From positions 64,296,001-64,360,000 of the forward strand of contig NC_045697.1 in the NCBI RefSeq assembly GCF_009834535.1: 64,000 nt of DNA. Direction: 5' to 3'. A program made the position numbers and the translations under genes. The notes beneath the pieces are model-generated. The model saw nothing but the letters and a program-made list of their open reading frames with translations, did no database searches and was not told the origin of the DNA. Below are positions 50,870 through 64,000 of this stretch, one piece after another (position 1 is the stretch's first letter; the number at the start of each line of letters is the position of its first letter). Origin of the DNA: Camelus ferus. Taxonomy: Eukaryota.

Positions 50870-53800
50870 AGTTAACTACAGAGGTAATGTGAAATAAAGA
50901 CATTACTAGATTAAAAAAAAAAAAAGGTGACAGAATATGACGCCAGTAGAACCACACTAAAAATAATACTAAAGTGCATTCTTCAGATAGAAAGAAAATT
51001 ACCACAGATAGAAAACACAGAAATGTGGGAAGGATTGAAGAACAATGGAAAGAATCCAATGTGAATACATAAAAATAAAACAATTGCGTAAAACAATTAT
51101 TAAAGTATAGAGATCATATGAAAAATTTAAATGCACGGTAGTAATACAACAGACACAAGGGATTTAAATGGAGTGAGTGTTTCCTAGTCCTATAATTGTA
51201 CAGAGAGTCTTGAAAAATCTAAATTGTAAGTGTATTTGGAAGTACTAATAAATCAAGAATAAGTGTAGTAATATTAAAGCATCAAACAAAATGATTAAAA
51301 ACATCAAATTAAAATGATTTATAAAACAAGCTAATGGAGAGAGAAAAGAAATGAACTTTTAAATTATTTTATTTATCCAAAATAAAGGAAAAATGAGAAA
51401 ATTATCGTAAGTTCAGTATAGAAATCAAGCAGTATTATGATAGATAAGGCCTAACCTAATAATAATTATTTTGAGTATAAATGAATTAAATAATAAGACT
51501 TGTCAACCTGAATCCTTTAAAAAATGAAAACAAAACAAAGAAATATCCAATCATATGCTGCTTATAGAGACACCATTTCAGTTTAAAGGCACAGATGCTT
51601 TAAAGAGTGACAAAAATATATACAAGGCAGACAGTGCTTAAGAATATGGCTTTTCTAGAGAATTCTTAGCCAAGATGGTGTAGTAGGAAGACCCTGAACT
51701 CACCTCTTCCCACACCAAAATTATAACTACTTACAGAGCAACTATCTATGAAAACAACCTGACGACTAGCAGAAAAGGTTTTCCACAATTAAAGACATAG
51801 AGAAGGAACCATGATGAGGAACTGAGTTACCGTATTGTTAGAACCTACATCCTTGGGTTGGAGACCCATATATGGGAGAAATATCACAAATGTAGAGGTC
51901 TTTCCCAAGGAGCAACGGGTCCAAGCCCCACATCAGCTATTCAGCCCTCGGGTCCTGCACCAGGAAAATGAGCCCTTGGAATGTTAGTTTTAAAAGTCAG
52001 CAGGACTTATGTTTGGGAGAGCAGGAGGACTACAGGAAACAGAGACTCTGCTCTGAAAGGGTGCATGCAAAAATCTCACAAGTTCCAAGTTCTAGCACAG
52101 AGACAGTAGTTTGAAAGAAGCCTGGGTCTGACCCACTTACTGATCTTGGAGAGGGTATAGAGAGGCAGAAGGCAACTGAAACTCCTTCTGGGGGAGGAAA
52201 CACTGGAGCCAGCAATTTTGGGGAGCTTAATCTACCATGGTAACATAGGCAATGGCAAGCACCATTTTGAAATCTTCTCTCTAGCCTATTAGCACCAAAA
52301 CTGAGCTCAACCCACTGGCAGGCTGGTACCACTCCTAGCTGCCCTAGGCTGCACAGACAGCCATGCAGATAGATCAGACAAAATCATATTTAAAACAAAG
52401 ACTGTAACAAGAGACAAAGAAGGACATTACATAATGATGAGGAAATCAATCCAAGAAGATATAACTATTGTAAATATATAAAAACTGACATGGGAGTACC
52501 TAGGTACATAAAGCAAATATTAATGAACATAAAGGGAGAAATCGACATAAGTACAATAATAGTAGGGGACTTTAACACCCCACTTACATCAATGGACAGA
52601 TCATCCAAATAGAAAATCAACAAGCATGGCCTTAAACAGCATGTTAAGTGAGATTTATTTAATAGACATATACAGAACATTTCATCCAAAAGAAGATGAA
52701 TACCCACACTTTTGAAGGGAACATGGAATATCCTCTAGGGTATCTCAGTCACATGCTAGGACACAAAACAAATCTCAATAAATATAAGAAGATTCAAATC
52801 ATAACAAGCATCTTATCTAATCACAGTTGTATAAGACTAGAATTAAAGGATAGGGGGAAAAAACTGCAAAAACCACAAACAATTGAATTCTAAACAACAT
52901 GCTACTAACCAACAAATGTATCACTGGAGAAATCAAAGAGGAAATTTTAAAATGCCTTGAGACAATGAAAATGAAAAAATATGATCCAAATCTATGCAAA
53001 AACAATTCTAAGAGGGAAACAGAGCAATCCAAGCCTACCTCAGGAGACAAGAAAAATCTCACATAAACAGTCTAGCCTTTCACCTAAAGGAACTAGAAAA
53101 AGGAAAAACAAACAAAACCCAAAGCTAGTAGAAGGAAAGAAGAAAAATCAGAGCAGAAATAAATGAAATAGAGACTAAAAAAAACAATATAATAGATCAA
53201 TGAAACTAAGACCTGGTTCCTTGCAAAGATAAACAAGATTGATAAAACTTTTTCCAGACTTATCAAGGAAAAAGAGAGAGGACCCAAATAAACAAAACCC
53301 AAAAAGAAAGGTAAGTTACAAGTGACACTGCAGGAACAGAAAGGATTGTAAGAGATTACCAAGTACAATTATACTCCAATAAATTGGACAACCTAGAATA
53401 AATGGATATGTTCCTAGATATGTATATTTCCCAAGACTGAATCAGAAGGAAATACATTATATGAACAGACCAATTACCAGTAGTAAAATTAAATCAGTAA
53501 TCAAAAAGTTCCCAATAAACAAAAGTCCAAGACCAGATGGCTTCACAGATGAATTCTGCAAAACACATAAAGAACAGTTAACACCTATTCTTGGCAAACT
53601 ATTCAAAAAAATTAGAGGAAGGAACACTTCCAAACTCATTCTCTAAGGCCAGCATCACTCTGATACCAAAACCAGACAAGAATACACACACACACACACA
53701 AAGGAAATTACAAGCCAGTATCACTGATGCAAAAATTCTCAACAAAATATCAGCAAACCAAATTCAACAATGCATTAAAAGGATCACACACCATGATCAA

Positions 53801-55285
53801 GAGGGATTTATCCCAGGGATACAAGGATGGTTCAATATCCATAAATCAATAAACATGATATACTATATTACCAAAATGAAGGATAGAAATTATGTAGTTA
53901 TCTCAATGGATGCAGAGAAATATTTGACAAAATTCAACAACAATTTATGATTAAAAATTCTCAACAAAGTTGGTATAAAGGAAATGAACCTCAGTGTCTT
54001 AAAGGCCTTATATGACAAATCCAAACCTAACTTCATGCATAATAGCAAAAATTTGAAAACTTTTCTTCTAAGATCATGAAGGAGACAAGGATGTCCATTC
54101 TAACCACTTTTATTCAATCTAGTATTGGAAGTTCTATCCACAGTAATTATGCAAGAAGAAAAAAAGGCATCCAAATCAAAAGGCAAGAACTAAACTCTCA
54201 CTATTTGCAAATGACATCATAGTATATACAGAAAGCCCTAAGGACACCACCCCAAAATTGTCAAAATTTAAAAATTCAGTCAGTAAAGTTACAGGATACA
54301 AAACCAAATATAGAAATCTGCTGCATTTCTGTGCACTAACAACAAACTATCAGAAAGGGAAATTAAGAAAACCACACCATTTATCATTGTATCAAGTAGT
54401 ATAAAATACCTATGAATAAATCTAACCAGAGATAAAATATTTGTATTCTGAAAACTGTAAGACAGTGATGAAAGAAATTAAACACAGGCAAATGGAAAGA
54501 TAAACTGTGCTCATAGATTGGAATAAGTAGTATTGTTAATCATATTTCCAAGATAATAAAGAAAGTTAATCCACCAGAAAATTATAACAATTTAAAGTGC
54601 ATTTGTACCCAAATTATATACCTTCAAACTATATAGAGCAAAAGGACAGAACTAAAAGGAGAAATTAACAGGTTAATAATCAGAATGGGAGATTTAGAAA
54701 ATTTTTCAAGTAATCAACAGAATAAGCATAAGCAGACCAAGAAAAAAAAAAGGATAACATAGAAGTATTCTCAAGATGAAAAATCCTGATCTAATTGACA
54801 CATATAGAATTAATTAATAACAGGTAGACATTATTTTCACATGCCCATGGACCACTTACCCAAACAGACCTCAAATTAGCCTCTAAGATGTCTCAAAAAA
54901 CTGCCATAGGGTGAAATTAAATGAAATGTATAATATGAGCATGACGAAATTAAGCTTGAAATCAGTAACAATAAAAAACATTAAAGAAGAAATTTCCAAA
55001 TGTTTGCTAATTAAGTTTTCTATTTATAAATCATAATGGAAATTAGAAAATAGTTTAACTGTGTAATAATGGAAATTCAACACATCCAAATGTTGTACAG
55101 TTGTGATTGGAGGGAAATCAATAGCCTTTACTGTGTAAGTTAGGAAGAAGAAAGTCTAGAATTCAATGGGCTCACTAACCATCTTATAAGTTAGAAAAAT
55201 AAAAGCAGATGAACCAAAAGAAAATAGAAAGATAAAAATTATAATATTATAAATTAATAAGATAGGAAAAAATAAATAATTTTTA
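50870..55285 (+). mobile_element. Old L1ME ORF1 end/ORF2 endonuclease region, split by a younger L1
   Basis: EN start atccaatcatatgctgcttatagagacacc near 51545; EN resumes at about 54541 (ataaagaaagttaatccaccagaaaattataacaat). Confidence 0.65.
51657..54540 (+). mobile_element. LINE-1 (L1M2/L1MA-like): 5' UTR fused to ORF2, no ORF1, 3' end missing
   Basis: 5' start gccaagatggtgtagtaggaagaccctgaactcacctc; ORF2 pieces 53461..53646 (KSPRPDGFTDEF) and 53591..53950 (LPNSF...ITLIPKP...HHDQEGFIPG); ctatttgcaaatgacatc (LFANDI). Confidence 0.9.
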
Positions 55286-55309
55286 AAAATCAGTAACTCC
55301 ATGTTTGGA

Positions 55310-55730
55310 GACAATTCTTCATGGTTCTCTTGTGATTTATTTGGTTCGTTATCCCAAGACATGCAAAAGCGAAGGAGTTGAGAGAGTGAGACAGGAAAGA
55401 GGAAAGCCAAAGATAAGAATGCATAACTGTGGTTGAGGTTGTTTTGTAACAACAGAGGCTCTGTTTTGCTCCAAACTCTTGTAACACCTTTATTTTACAA
55501 AATACACATTAAGATTTTGTATCTTAAAGATGGAAGTCCAGGGCATTTATAAACCAGCACTTAACACTCATTTGGTGAGGAATGTTCCTGGTACCTTAAC
55601 CACCTTCTACCTTTGGATTGTGCTTAAGTGGAGGTGGAATTAAAGCATTAGTTTAGGCTCTGGGGCAGAATGTAGTAAGATGCAGTGTGTGCTCGAGATG
55701 AGAGAGTAGCAGCACATGGGCCCAAGGAGC
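55310..55730 (-). mobile_element. ERV-L-type LTR remnant
   Basis: ttgtgatttatttgg...gagagagtgagacaggaaagaggaaagccaa resembles an antisense ERV-L LTR; adjoins the ERV-L pol relic. Confidence 0.5.
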
Positions 55731-55734
55731 AGGA

Positions 55735-58050
55735 TAGCATGGCCTGCAACTCACTGCAAGGTATTTGCTTGCCCTGGGCCCAACTCAAAACTAACAGTAT
55801 TCTGAGTCACCCAGCTGCATTTTCAAGTACATTTATAGGCTGCCTCGGAAATTGAGAGAAGACCCCAGAGCTCGGTTTATCTTTATAAGCAGTGAGAATA
55901 AAACGTGCAATAAGTTTTCTTATACTTTGGAGAGCTGTCCCCAAATGCCCCAGACTATTAAACCATATTTGTAGCAGGACCTAAATCTTTACAGTATCTA
56001 TCTCTCATTCTTTCCACATATGTTTTATGCTACAAAATCCAAAGTACTTGCTTCTTCTTAACAAGGTCATGTTAGAATGACTCATCAAAATGGTAAGCCA
56101 ATGTAAGGCAAGAAAAGCCGGGTTCCTGTGAACTATCATGGGACTAAGAAGAAGAATTAACATCAACTTAGCACAGGAAGTTAACGTGCACTGCTCTCCC
56201 TCCCAGGTGAATGTGAATACTTTTAATCCCTATTCCTGAAGTTGACTAAAATAAATTATTTCCCAGATCAACAGCCACAATCCATGAAGCAGAGGCTGTC
56301 TTGTTCAGTTCCAGTAAAGGTACCATACCCAGCAATGCAGCTAAGATTTGGGGCTACCACTTAATATTTCATCATTTGCCACAATTCATTTTCTTTTCCC
56401 CAGAGGAATGTACATGTGAATTAAACTGGGATCTGCTGGGAATCACTGCATTTAATTCTTTGAGGATGAAGATCTTCATTTTCTTGAGGATGGTATTACT
56501 CACTGTAAATTTTTCTAGGATCCAGTACTGCTTCTGATTTTTTTTTATCATTTTAGCCTGAAATAGGGGAAGTTTCTGAGGCTTTTGTTTTGCCCTTTTT
56601 GACATAGACTCTTAGTACTTATGGTAGACTCCACAGTAGACAATCTGCCATTTGTTTAGTATATCATTCCTAAATATGCATTCTTGGAAACCAAGAAATG
56701 GTGATATTTCTGTTCTTCTGATATCAGAAGGAGTTAATAGCTAGCATCCACTACCATGTGAAAGAATTTTGTGTATTATTTTCTAAGTGTACAGTTACTC
56801 TACTAAATGGCAGCAGACGTCTATGGAAGGAGGGTTTACAATAAGTGGTGTCACATGTCCTTTGCTGAAGAGATCTAGGTTCCACTTCAATCCAAATGCT
56901 CAGGGTTTGAGCTCAGGTCTGAAAATCAGGTGAGTTATAACAGTTTTTCATCTGGGGATCCAAGATCAGCCCTCTGTTTGTCAGCTATACTTTTAAGTTA
57001 CATATGTCCACATCCTACTCAGCATCCATAGTATCAAAAAAAGAACAAGATCTATTAACCATCACCACAGATCTCTTGTGGGATAAGGTACCTAGAAGTT
57101 GCTCTAGTAATGCCATCAGTAAGGATAATTACACCATTTAAAAATGTAATTCCACAGAAAAACTTTGAGAAATGACATGAAAACAGGCTTCTCTCAACAA
57201 GAGCTAAAGATCTGGGTTTTTTAATTCAGATTCCTTAAATCATGACATAGATATGCTCTCAAGGAGTATTAATTATCCTGATATTCAAATCTGTTACCTG
57301 TGCAAAGTAACTTCCAAGTCTTCAGTAAAAACAAACTTTTAAGCAAAGAAATGCAAGTGTTGTCAGCTAGAAATGGTCTGGAGCTCACTGATAGGACCTA
57401 GATGTGATACAGTGTTTGCTACATTTCACCTCTCAAATATTCAGATCCACTTACTCTCAGAAGTATGGAGATAACCCTTGAGTTGTAAAGCTGTTTACAC
57501 AAGTCTTGTCTTCCCCTAGGAAAATTTATTTAGATTCCAATGTGTGAGGACCCAGGATCCCTTATATTTCCAAAGAGACTCTTAGAAGGAGAGAAGGAAC
57601 AGCTGCTTCTTATCCTCTATAAATGCCAGTTTTATGTTTTTGTGATCCTCACCTACAGTTTTTCCTGTTACACGTAAGAGGATAGCTGGTTCTTCTCACT
57701 TCACCCCAGGGATAAGAATAAGGGTGAAGGGAGTCATAAGCAGTTAATACTGTATATGTGTAATTATAATTTCCCCTGTTCCAGAATCTTCATGTTGGCA
57801 TTCAAGATAATATTAATGAATGTAGACATTAAAGACTTCATAAAACTCCTTTTTCCTGCCTGTTTGTCTACTGTCAAGAGGAGTCCAAAATGACAAAGCA
57901 GTAGCCATGATCCTAAGGGTCAGGATTAATGGACCCTTACTTGGGCTCCCTGAGGGAAGCATGCTTCCCCTCCCTGCTTTCCCCCCGAAGCCACCACTCC
58001 CCACACTTTAGGAATTAGTTTCTTCATTCCGGTGGTGACTACAGTTGTGC
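55735..58050 (-). mobile_element. ERV-L internal remnant (gag and RT relics)
   Basis: Minus strand near 56250-56330 reads MVPLLELNKTASASWIVAVDLGNNLF (cf. ERV-L VVSLLEQINT..GTWYAAIDLANAFF), then FTFTWEGEQCT (cf. FAFSWQGQQYT); SFELGPGQA near 55770 (cf. SFEWGPEQE). Confidence 0.75.
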
Positions 58051-58389
58051 ACATAGAAACACAAATTCCCAAATGAGTCACAGGAAGTTATAACAAGAGG
58101 AGAAATCTTATTTCCCTGCAATAATAGTTCTCAAAGCACTGCATTCTATCCTGTCAGAGACATAGAGCACAAATTGGGCTTTGCTTCAAATTATATATTT
58201 TATCTTGAAATATAGTAGCCCAATTTTAGATGTCATACCCAGTTTTGTACATTAGATGAACATTTACCTAGTCATTAAAATGTTTTCCCATTCGGGTTTT
58301 CGGAATGATTTTTAGCAAATTTTTCCTCAAAGCCAAAGAGTCTCTTTAATTCTCCCATAGAGTCTTTCTACATTTCACTGCATATCATG

Positions 58390-58910
58390 AGTTAGCAGTT
58401 AGCTGAAATGTGCCTGTCATTTTCTTCTTTCATTGCAGTGAATAGAAAATGCACATTGATTTTAATAGCCAATGGCATTATATCTCTCATGCGAAGGCAT
58501 AAACCGGTGTTTCCTGGAGTAGTCCGAAGAGTCTAAGCATATGCTTAACTCTTAGCACAGACTGGTTCAGAAATGAGGTCTAAGCTAATTAACTAGCAGA
58601 TATCCTAACCATGGGACTAGATACATAAATAGTCTGGGAAGGATTTCTGGGAAGGAATCACATTCAAGAGAAAGCAAATATAAAAGAGGGCCTCCATTGT
58701 TTTTTGTGCATCATGGGATAAGACATGAAGCCAGAAAATTAAAAAAATATACATGAGGGAATCATAATAAAATGGAAGCACCTAATTAGGCTGATCCTGA
58801 TGCACACATGCCTCTGGATTCCTAGTTGCAGGCTTAAAATGTCCTCACTCATTGGGCCAGTTTAAGTCAGGTTTTCAGTTTCTTCCAGTGGAAATCATCT
58901 TAACTGATGT
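58390..58910 (+). mobile_element. MLT1 (J/K-like) solo LTR
   Basis: gactggttcagaaatgagg...gcctctggattcctagtt...gccagtttaagtcaggttttcagtttctt...atcatcttaactgat. Confidence 0.65.
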
Positions 58911-59029
58911 ATGTGGTATGAATTTTAACTGTCTAGAAATGAACAACTTTTATCTATTATAAACTATAATACTTAATTATAAGTAAATTCAAGGGGGAAA
59001 AAGGAAACTGCATTTTATTAAACATTATT

Positions 59030-59650
59030 ATTTTACATATTTTTCAGCTTGAGAAATAACTGATACATTGTGTAACATACAACATGATGATTTGATACAC
59101 AAGTATATTGTGAAATGATTGCCACAATAGGGTTAGTTAAACCTCCCTCACCTCACAATTTCCTTTTTGTGGAGACATTTAAGATTTACTCTCTTAGCAA
59201 GTTTTTAGTAAATAATACAGTATCATTAACTATATTTACCATGTTTAAACTAGATCCCCAGAACTTATTCAATTTATAACTAGCAGTTTATATGCTTTGA
59301 TCAATATCTCCTTATTTCCCCCACCCCAGACTCCTGGCAACCACCATTCTACTCTCTATTTTTATGAGTTCACTATTTTCAGATTCCACAGATAGGTGAG
59401 ACCATACAGTATTTGTTCTTGTCTGTCTGACTCATTTCACTATGTATAGTGCCTTGACGCTCTATCCATGTGTCACAAAAGGCCAACTTTCTTCTTTATT
59501 ATTTCTAAATCATGTTTATTCCAGTGTGTGTGCTGTATGTCTGTCTGTGTCACATTTTCTTTATCCTTTCATCCATTATTGGACATAAAGGCTTTTTCCA
59601 TGTCTTAACTATTGTGAATAATGTTGCAATGAACATGCGGGTGCAGATAC
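59030..59650 (-). mobile_element. L1MA9-like 3' end
   Basis: tattgtgaaatgattgccacaat...ttaagatttactctcttagcaag...tagatccccagaacttattc. Confidence 0.8.
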
Positions 59651-60919
59651 ATTAAGGTGATAATCATCAAATTCCCTGCTTCCAAAATAAATCCTGAAGT
59701 GAGGTCAAATTTCACCTGTTCTATGAATTGGTGTCTGATCTTTTACCCATCCCACAATAATTATATTAAGGTGGATCACATGATGTTCCATTTTAGAAAA
59801 TCAAAAATGCTTATTATACATTAGCAGTTTCATATGGAAAAACAAATTTTTAATCTCAAAGTTAAATGTGTAATACTAAAATAATGCATGGTTTTATATT
59901 TTTCTGTTTTTATATCTGTTCTCCCCTACAGCCAATGTGGTAGAAATCAGGCAAACAAAAATAAGATCTAGTTTCTTCCTTTAAAGAGCTTACAGCTGAT
60001 ATCTAATAGTAATGATGTAAATAAATGACGTTATGAATCACTGAATATATACAGAAACCAACTGGCTGATAATGGGCAGGTGGAGGAGTAAATAAAACAC
60101 TAAAAATGAAAAGGAAATCATAAGAAGTGGGTAAAACAATTATTTCTTACCTGTAAATTATGAAGTTAATGATTTGCAAGTAAAAATAGTGATAATAATA
60201 CCTTAAGTATATTTTCCCCACCTTATAATTAGGATCACATAATTTCAGAGTAGATTTTTGTGTCTTCCATGATGAACCATATAGGGATTTTTCTCTTAAT
60301 TTTGTACAGGGAAAATATTTTTTTAAGGTGGCAAAGAGATACAGAGCCATACATCTTGGTTATGGGGCACTGTAACAGTTTTCTTTATGGGGGACATATA
60401 GGTTCTTTTTTCTGGATGTAAGTTAAGCAGATAACGTTTAGATGCAGACTTGTTTATAAGCAGGAGCATCTGGTAGTTCTGCAATTTGGTAGTTATATAA
60501 AGAAAATATATACTCCACCATGAGGAGCATCAATTTGAATACAGAATTGAGCTACGACACTTGTTCACCATAGAGAGCACATTATTCTTTTATTAAAGAA
60601 GGTGGAATTTAATCTGTTAACAGTGGTCTGAACAAGTTCCAGATCTAGAAAGCAATTTACAAAAATTTCAAACTAAAGAACATGCTGTTCATTTTGTTTT
60701 CACACTATGTGACATTTTTTTTTCCAGAATGAGAGAAAAACCAAGGGTTCCTGTTAGATTCAGAGCCACAGTAAATTCACCCTTATATCTAATAAGCCAG
60801 GATAGTGTGATATATTTGATTTGGATTTCTCCCACTTCAGACATTTTTATTTACTTCAGAACCTGAGTATTAAGAATATTTGGGTGAATATTAGACATGT
60901 AAACTGAAAATATATTTGG

Positions 60920-63900
60920 AGAAGAAGCGCTTCAGGAATGGCAGAGCAAGACCTTTGAAAAGCTGTTTCTCCATAAAAAACAATGATAATTCTGGTTAAA
61001 ACTGACAAAATTAACCAATTCAGAACTCTAGAAATTAACCAAATGCTTAAAACAACCTGAGAAGACATTTTCAATACAAAGATTAAATCTCAGTAAGATG
61101 AGTGAGGTACGAGGAGTTACAACAAGCCCAACGCCCACCCTTTAATCCCCACTGCACAATAGTCCTGAAAAGCAATAGCCTGGCTAGTGGTAACCGTGAA
61201 AACCAGGAGCCTAGCAGCCATTGGAGGGGGCAGAATGGATTAAGAAATCCCTTTAAAGTTCCCTCCCAGATCACTGTCACTACTTACCTGTCTGTACAGT
61301 TCCCCAAAAGCTTAAATCTCAGGATTTGTCTTTATTTCACTTGACTCAGAGCTTGTTCATGGCAAACAGTCTATACCATGGGTCTTTATTTGAAACAATC
61401 AGTGGAAACTGTTTAAAATCTCACCTGCTTGATGTGACAATAATTGGTACTAAGAAGAGGGTGACCAGAAACTTAAAAGTAAAAAATGGAGAATGAGATC
61501 AACAGGGGCCTTTTAAACCTCTAACTTATTCCTGGAAATCAAGAAGACAATGTCCATGTGAAGGGTTAAGGCTTGTGTGTTCACAAAAGAAAAACAAAAG
61601 ATTTCATCTCTCAGCTCTGTCTGATCTTGAAGTTCTGACAAGGAGGAAACAAATGAAAGCTAAGGTAGAGCTGTAAACTGCCTTCCTACACTGAAAGCAA
61701 ACAACAATACAAACACAGGGCTCTTTTCTAAGACTGGGAGACTTACCAGCTCAAAGCATTTAAGGAAATCCCTTTCAAATCATTAGCTAAAAATGAAAAT
61801 GAAGCTAACCAAGCAGAACCTTCAGTGTCCACACAAGACAAAGAATATAGACCTTATAGAATTAGTCCAGGAAAGGCACACAACAAACAAATAGCAATAA
61901 GAACAATAAAAACAACTCAACAATCAGAATAACAGCAAACTTTAGGGGAGAAGAGGATCTGAGTAACCAGTATCCACATTATACTATTTAAAAAGTGTAA
62001 GTTTCCATAAAATTTTATGAGGTATACAAAAAGACAAAAACAAAAAAATCATGACCCATGTACAGGTGGAGAAAGGGCAGTCAATAGAAATTACCCCTGA
62101 GAAAGTTCAGACATTGGGCTTAATATTCAAAGTTTATATAAATATGTTCAAATTGCTAAAGGGAATCATGTTTGATGAAATAAGGAGACTACAGGAACAA
62201 TGTCTCACCAAACAGATATTAATCAATATAGAAACTATCAAAAAAAAAACCAGAAATAAGTCTGTAGTTGACAAGTCTAATAACTAAAATGAAATATTCA
62301 CTAGAGGCAATAAACAGCAGACTGGAATGGATAGGAAAAGAAACACACAGTAAACCTGAGGAGAGGTTAATTAAGGTTATCCAATCTGAAGAACAGAAAG
62401 AAAAAAAGAATAAAGAAAAATGAATAGAGCCTGCATAATTGTAGTCTCAAGAGAAAAGAACGGAGAAGAAAGAATATTTGAATAAATAAATAAATAAAGT
62501 TCTCCAGATTTGATGAAAAACATTTATCTTCCTATCCAAGAAGTTCAAATAACTCCAAGAAGGATGAACGAGAGAGATCCACATCTAGACATATCATAGT
62601 GCAACTGATAAAAGCCAAAGACAAAAAGGATGCTAAAAGTGGGAAGAGAAAAACAACTCATTACATCAGAGGAATTCTCAATAAAATTAACAGCTGACTC
62701 TTCATAGGATAATGGATGCCAGATGGCAGTGGGATGACATATTCAAACTGATGAAAGAAACGAATATCAACTGAGAATTCTGTATTCAGCAAAACTATCT
62801 TTCAAAATTGAAAGAGACATTAACACACACCCTAATAAACAAAAACTGAGAGATTTCATCACTAGAAGACTTTCCCCATAAGAAATATTAAAATAAGTCC
62901 TTTAGGAAAAGACAATATACAATAACTTGAAATCATGGGAAGAAATAAAGAGCACTGGTTAAAGTGATTGCATAGGTAAATATAAAAGATATTATAAATT
63001 TATTTTTCTTTGTAATGCTTCACTTCAATACAAAGAAATAATTATAAAACTATGTAGATGAACCTACATAAAAGTACTTATTTATATGAAAATAGGACAA
63101 AGAAGTGGAGAATTCAGCTATACTGGGGCAAAGTTTTTGCACATTATATAAATTCAGCTTCTCTTAATATAAACCACATTGCTTTAGTTAAGATGTTAAT
63201 TATATTCTCTAGGAGATCTACCAAGAAAATAACTTTAAAATATGATAAGGATACAAAAGAGAATTAAATACCCTAGAAAATATCTATTTAGCAAAATGAA
63301 GTAGTAAAATAAAGGTATAACTGTACAAAAATACTAAAAATATGCAGAAAGCAAATAGCAAAAATGTCAGACTTAAGTTTCATCTTATCAGTAATTACAT
63401 TAAATCTAAGTGGATTTAACACTCAAAAAAAAAAAAAAGCTGACTCCACAAAAGTGTTAAAAAACATGAACTAACTGCTGTCTCCAAGTTACGTACTTAA
63501 GATTCAAAGACATGAACAGGTTGAAAGTGAAAGGAAGGAAAAAGATACACCACACAAAGAACTGCAGCTGCTATGTAAGTACCAGGCAAAATAGACTTAA
63601 AGACAAAAACGATAACGAGAGATAAAGTAGGACATTTTATAATATAAAAGGGTCAATCTACCAGTATGATATAATAATTACCATACATGTACTTAAAATA
63701 ATGCCCTAAAATATATAAAGCAAAAACTGACATAATTGAAGGGGAGAAACAATTCAACAATAATCAGCAGAGACTTCAATATTCCACTTTAGATAAGGGA
63801 TAGAAAAAACAGGCAGAAGATTAACACAGAAATAGAAATAGAATTAACTAACAGTAAAAAATCAAGTAGACTTAGACATCTTTTGAATAATCTATCCAAT

Positions 63901-64000
63901 AATAAAGTGCATACTTCAGAATATTATTCTTAAGTGTATATGGAATATTCACATGGATAGACCATTTGTTAGGCTTTAAAATTAGCTTCAATAAATTCTA
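60920..64000 (+). mobile_element. Old LINE-1 (L1M4/L1MC-D-like): 5' UTR, ORF1 and start of ORF2; runs off the window
   Basis: 5' start cttcaggaatggcagagcaagacc; ORF1 relics (gatgccagatggcagtgggatgacatattcaaa; gagaattctgtattcagcaaaactatctttcaaaa); EN relic (atcagtaattacattaaatctaagtggatttaacactc; gcagagacttcaatattccactt). Confidence 0.85.

Overview
AT-rich mammalian genomic DNA (intergenic or deep intronic) dominated by interspersed repeats. It contains many LINE-1 fragments of different ages, plus L2, MaLR (MLT1) and ERV-L relics, hAT DNA-transposon remnants and microsatellites. I recognise no protein-coding gene: the long ORFs in the track are decayed L1 ORF2/ORF1 pieces, their antisense shadows, or microsatellite read-throughs. 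The youngest L1 3' UTRs are of cetartiodactyl type, and I saw no Alu, B1, Bov-tA, CHR, PRE or Can-SINE copies; a camelid origin is my best guess (inference). I found no convincing novel biological system. The best-supported observations are structural: a twin-primed L1 with TSD and a 31-bp duplication, two L1s whose 5' UTR is fused directly to ORF2, a nested MLT1>L2>MER63/L1 stack, and a tandem L1MB duplication. Weaker leads are hairpins in unique DNA and several splice-site-bounded candidate exons. Family names were assigned from memory of consensus sequences, and most boundaries are approximate.
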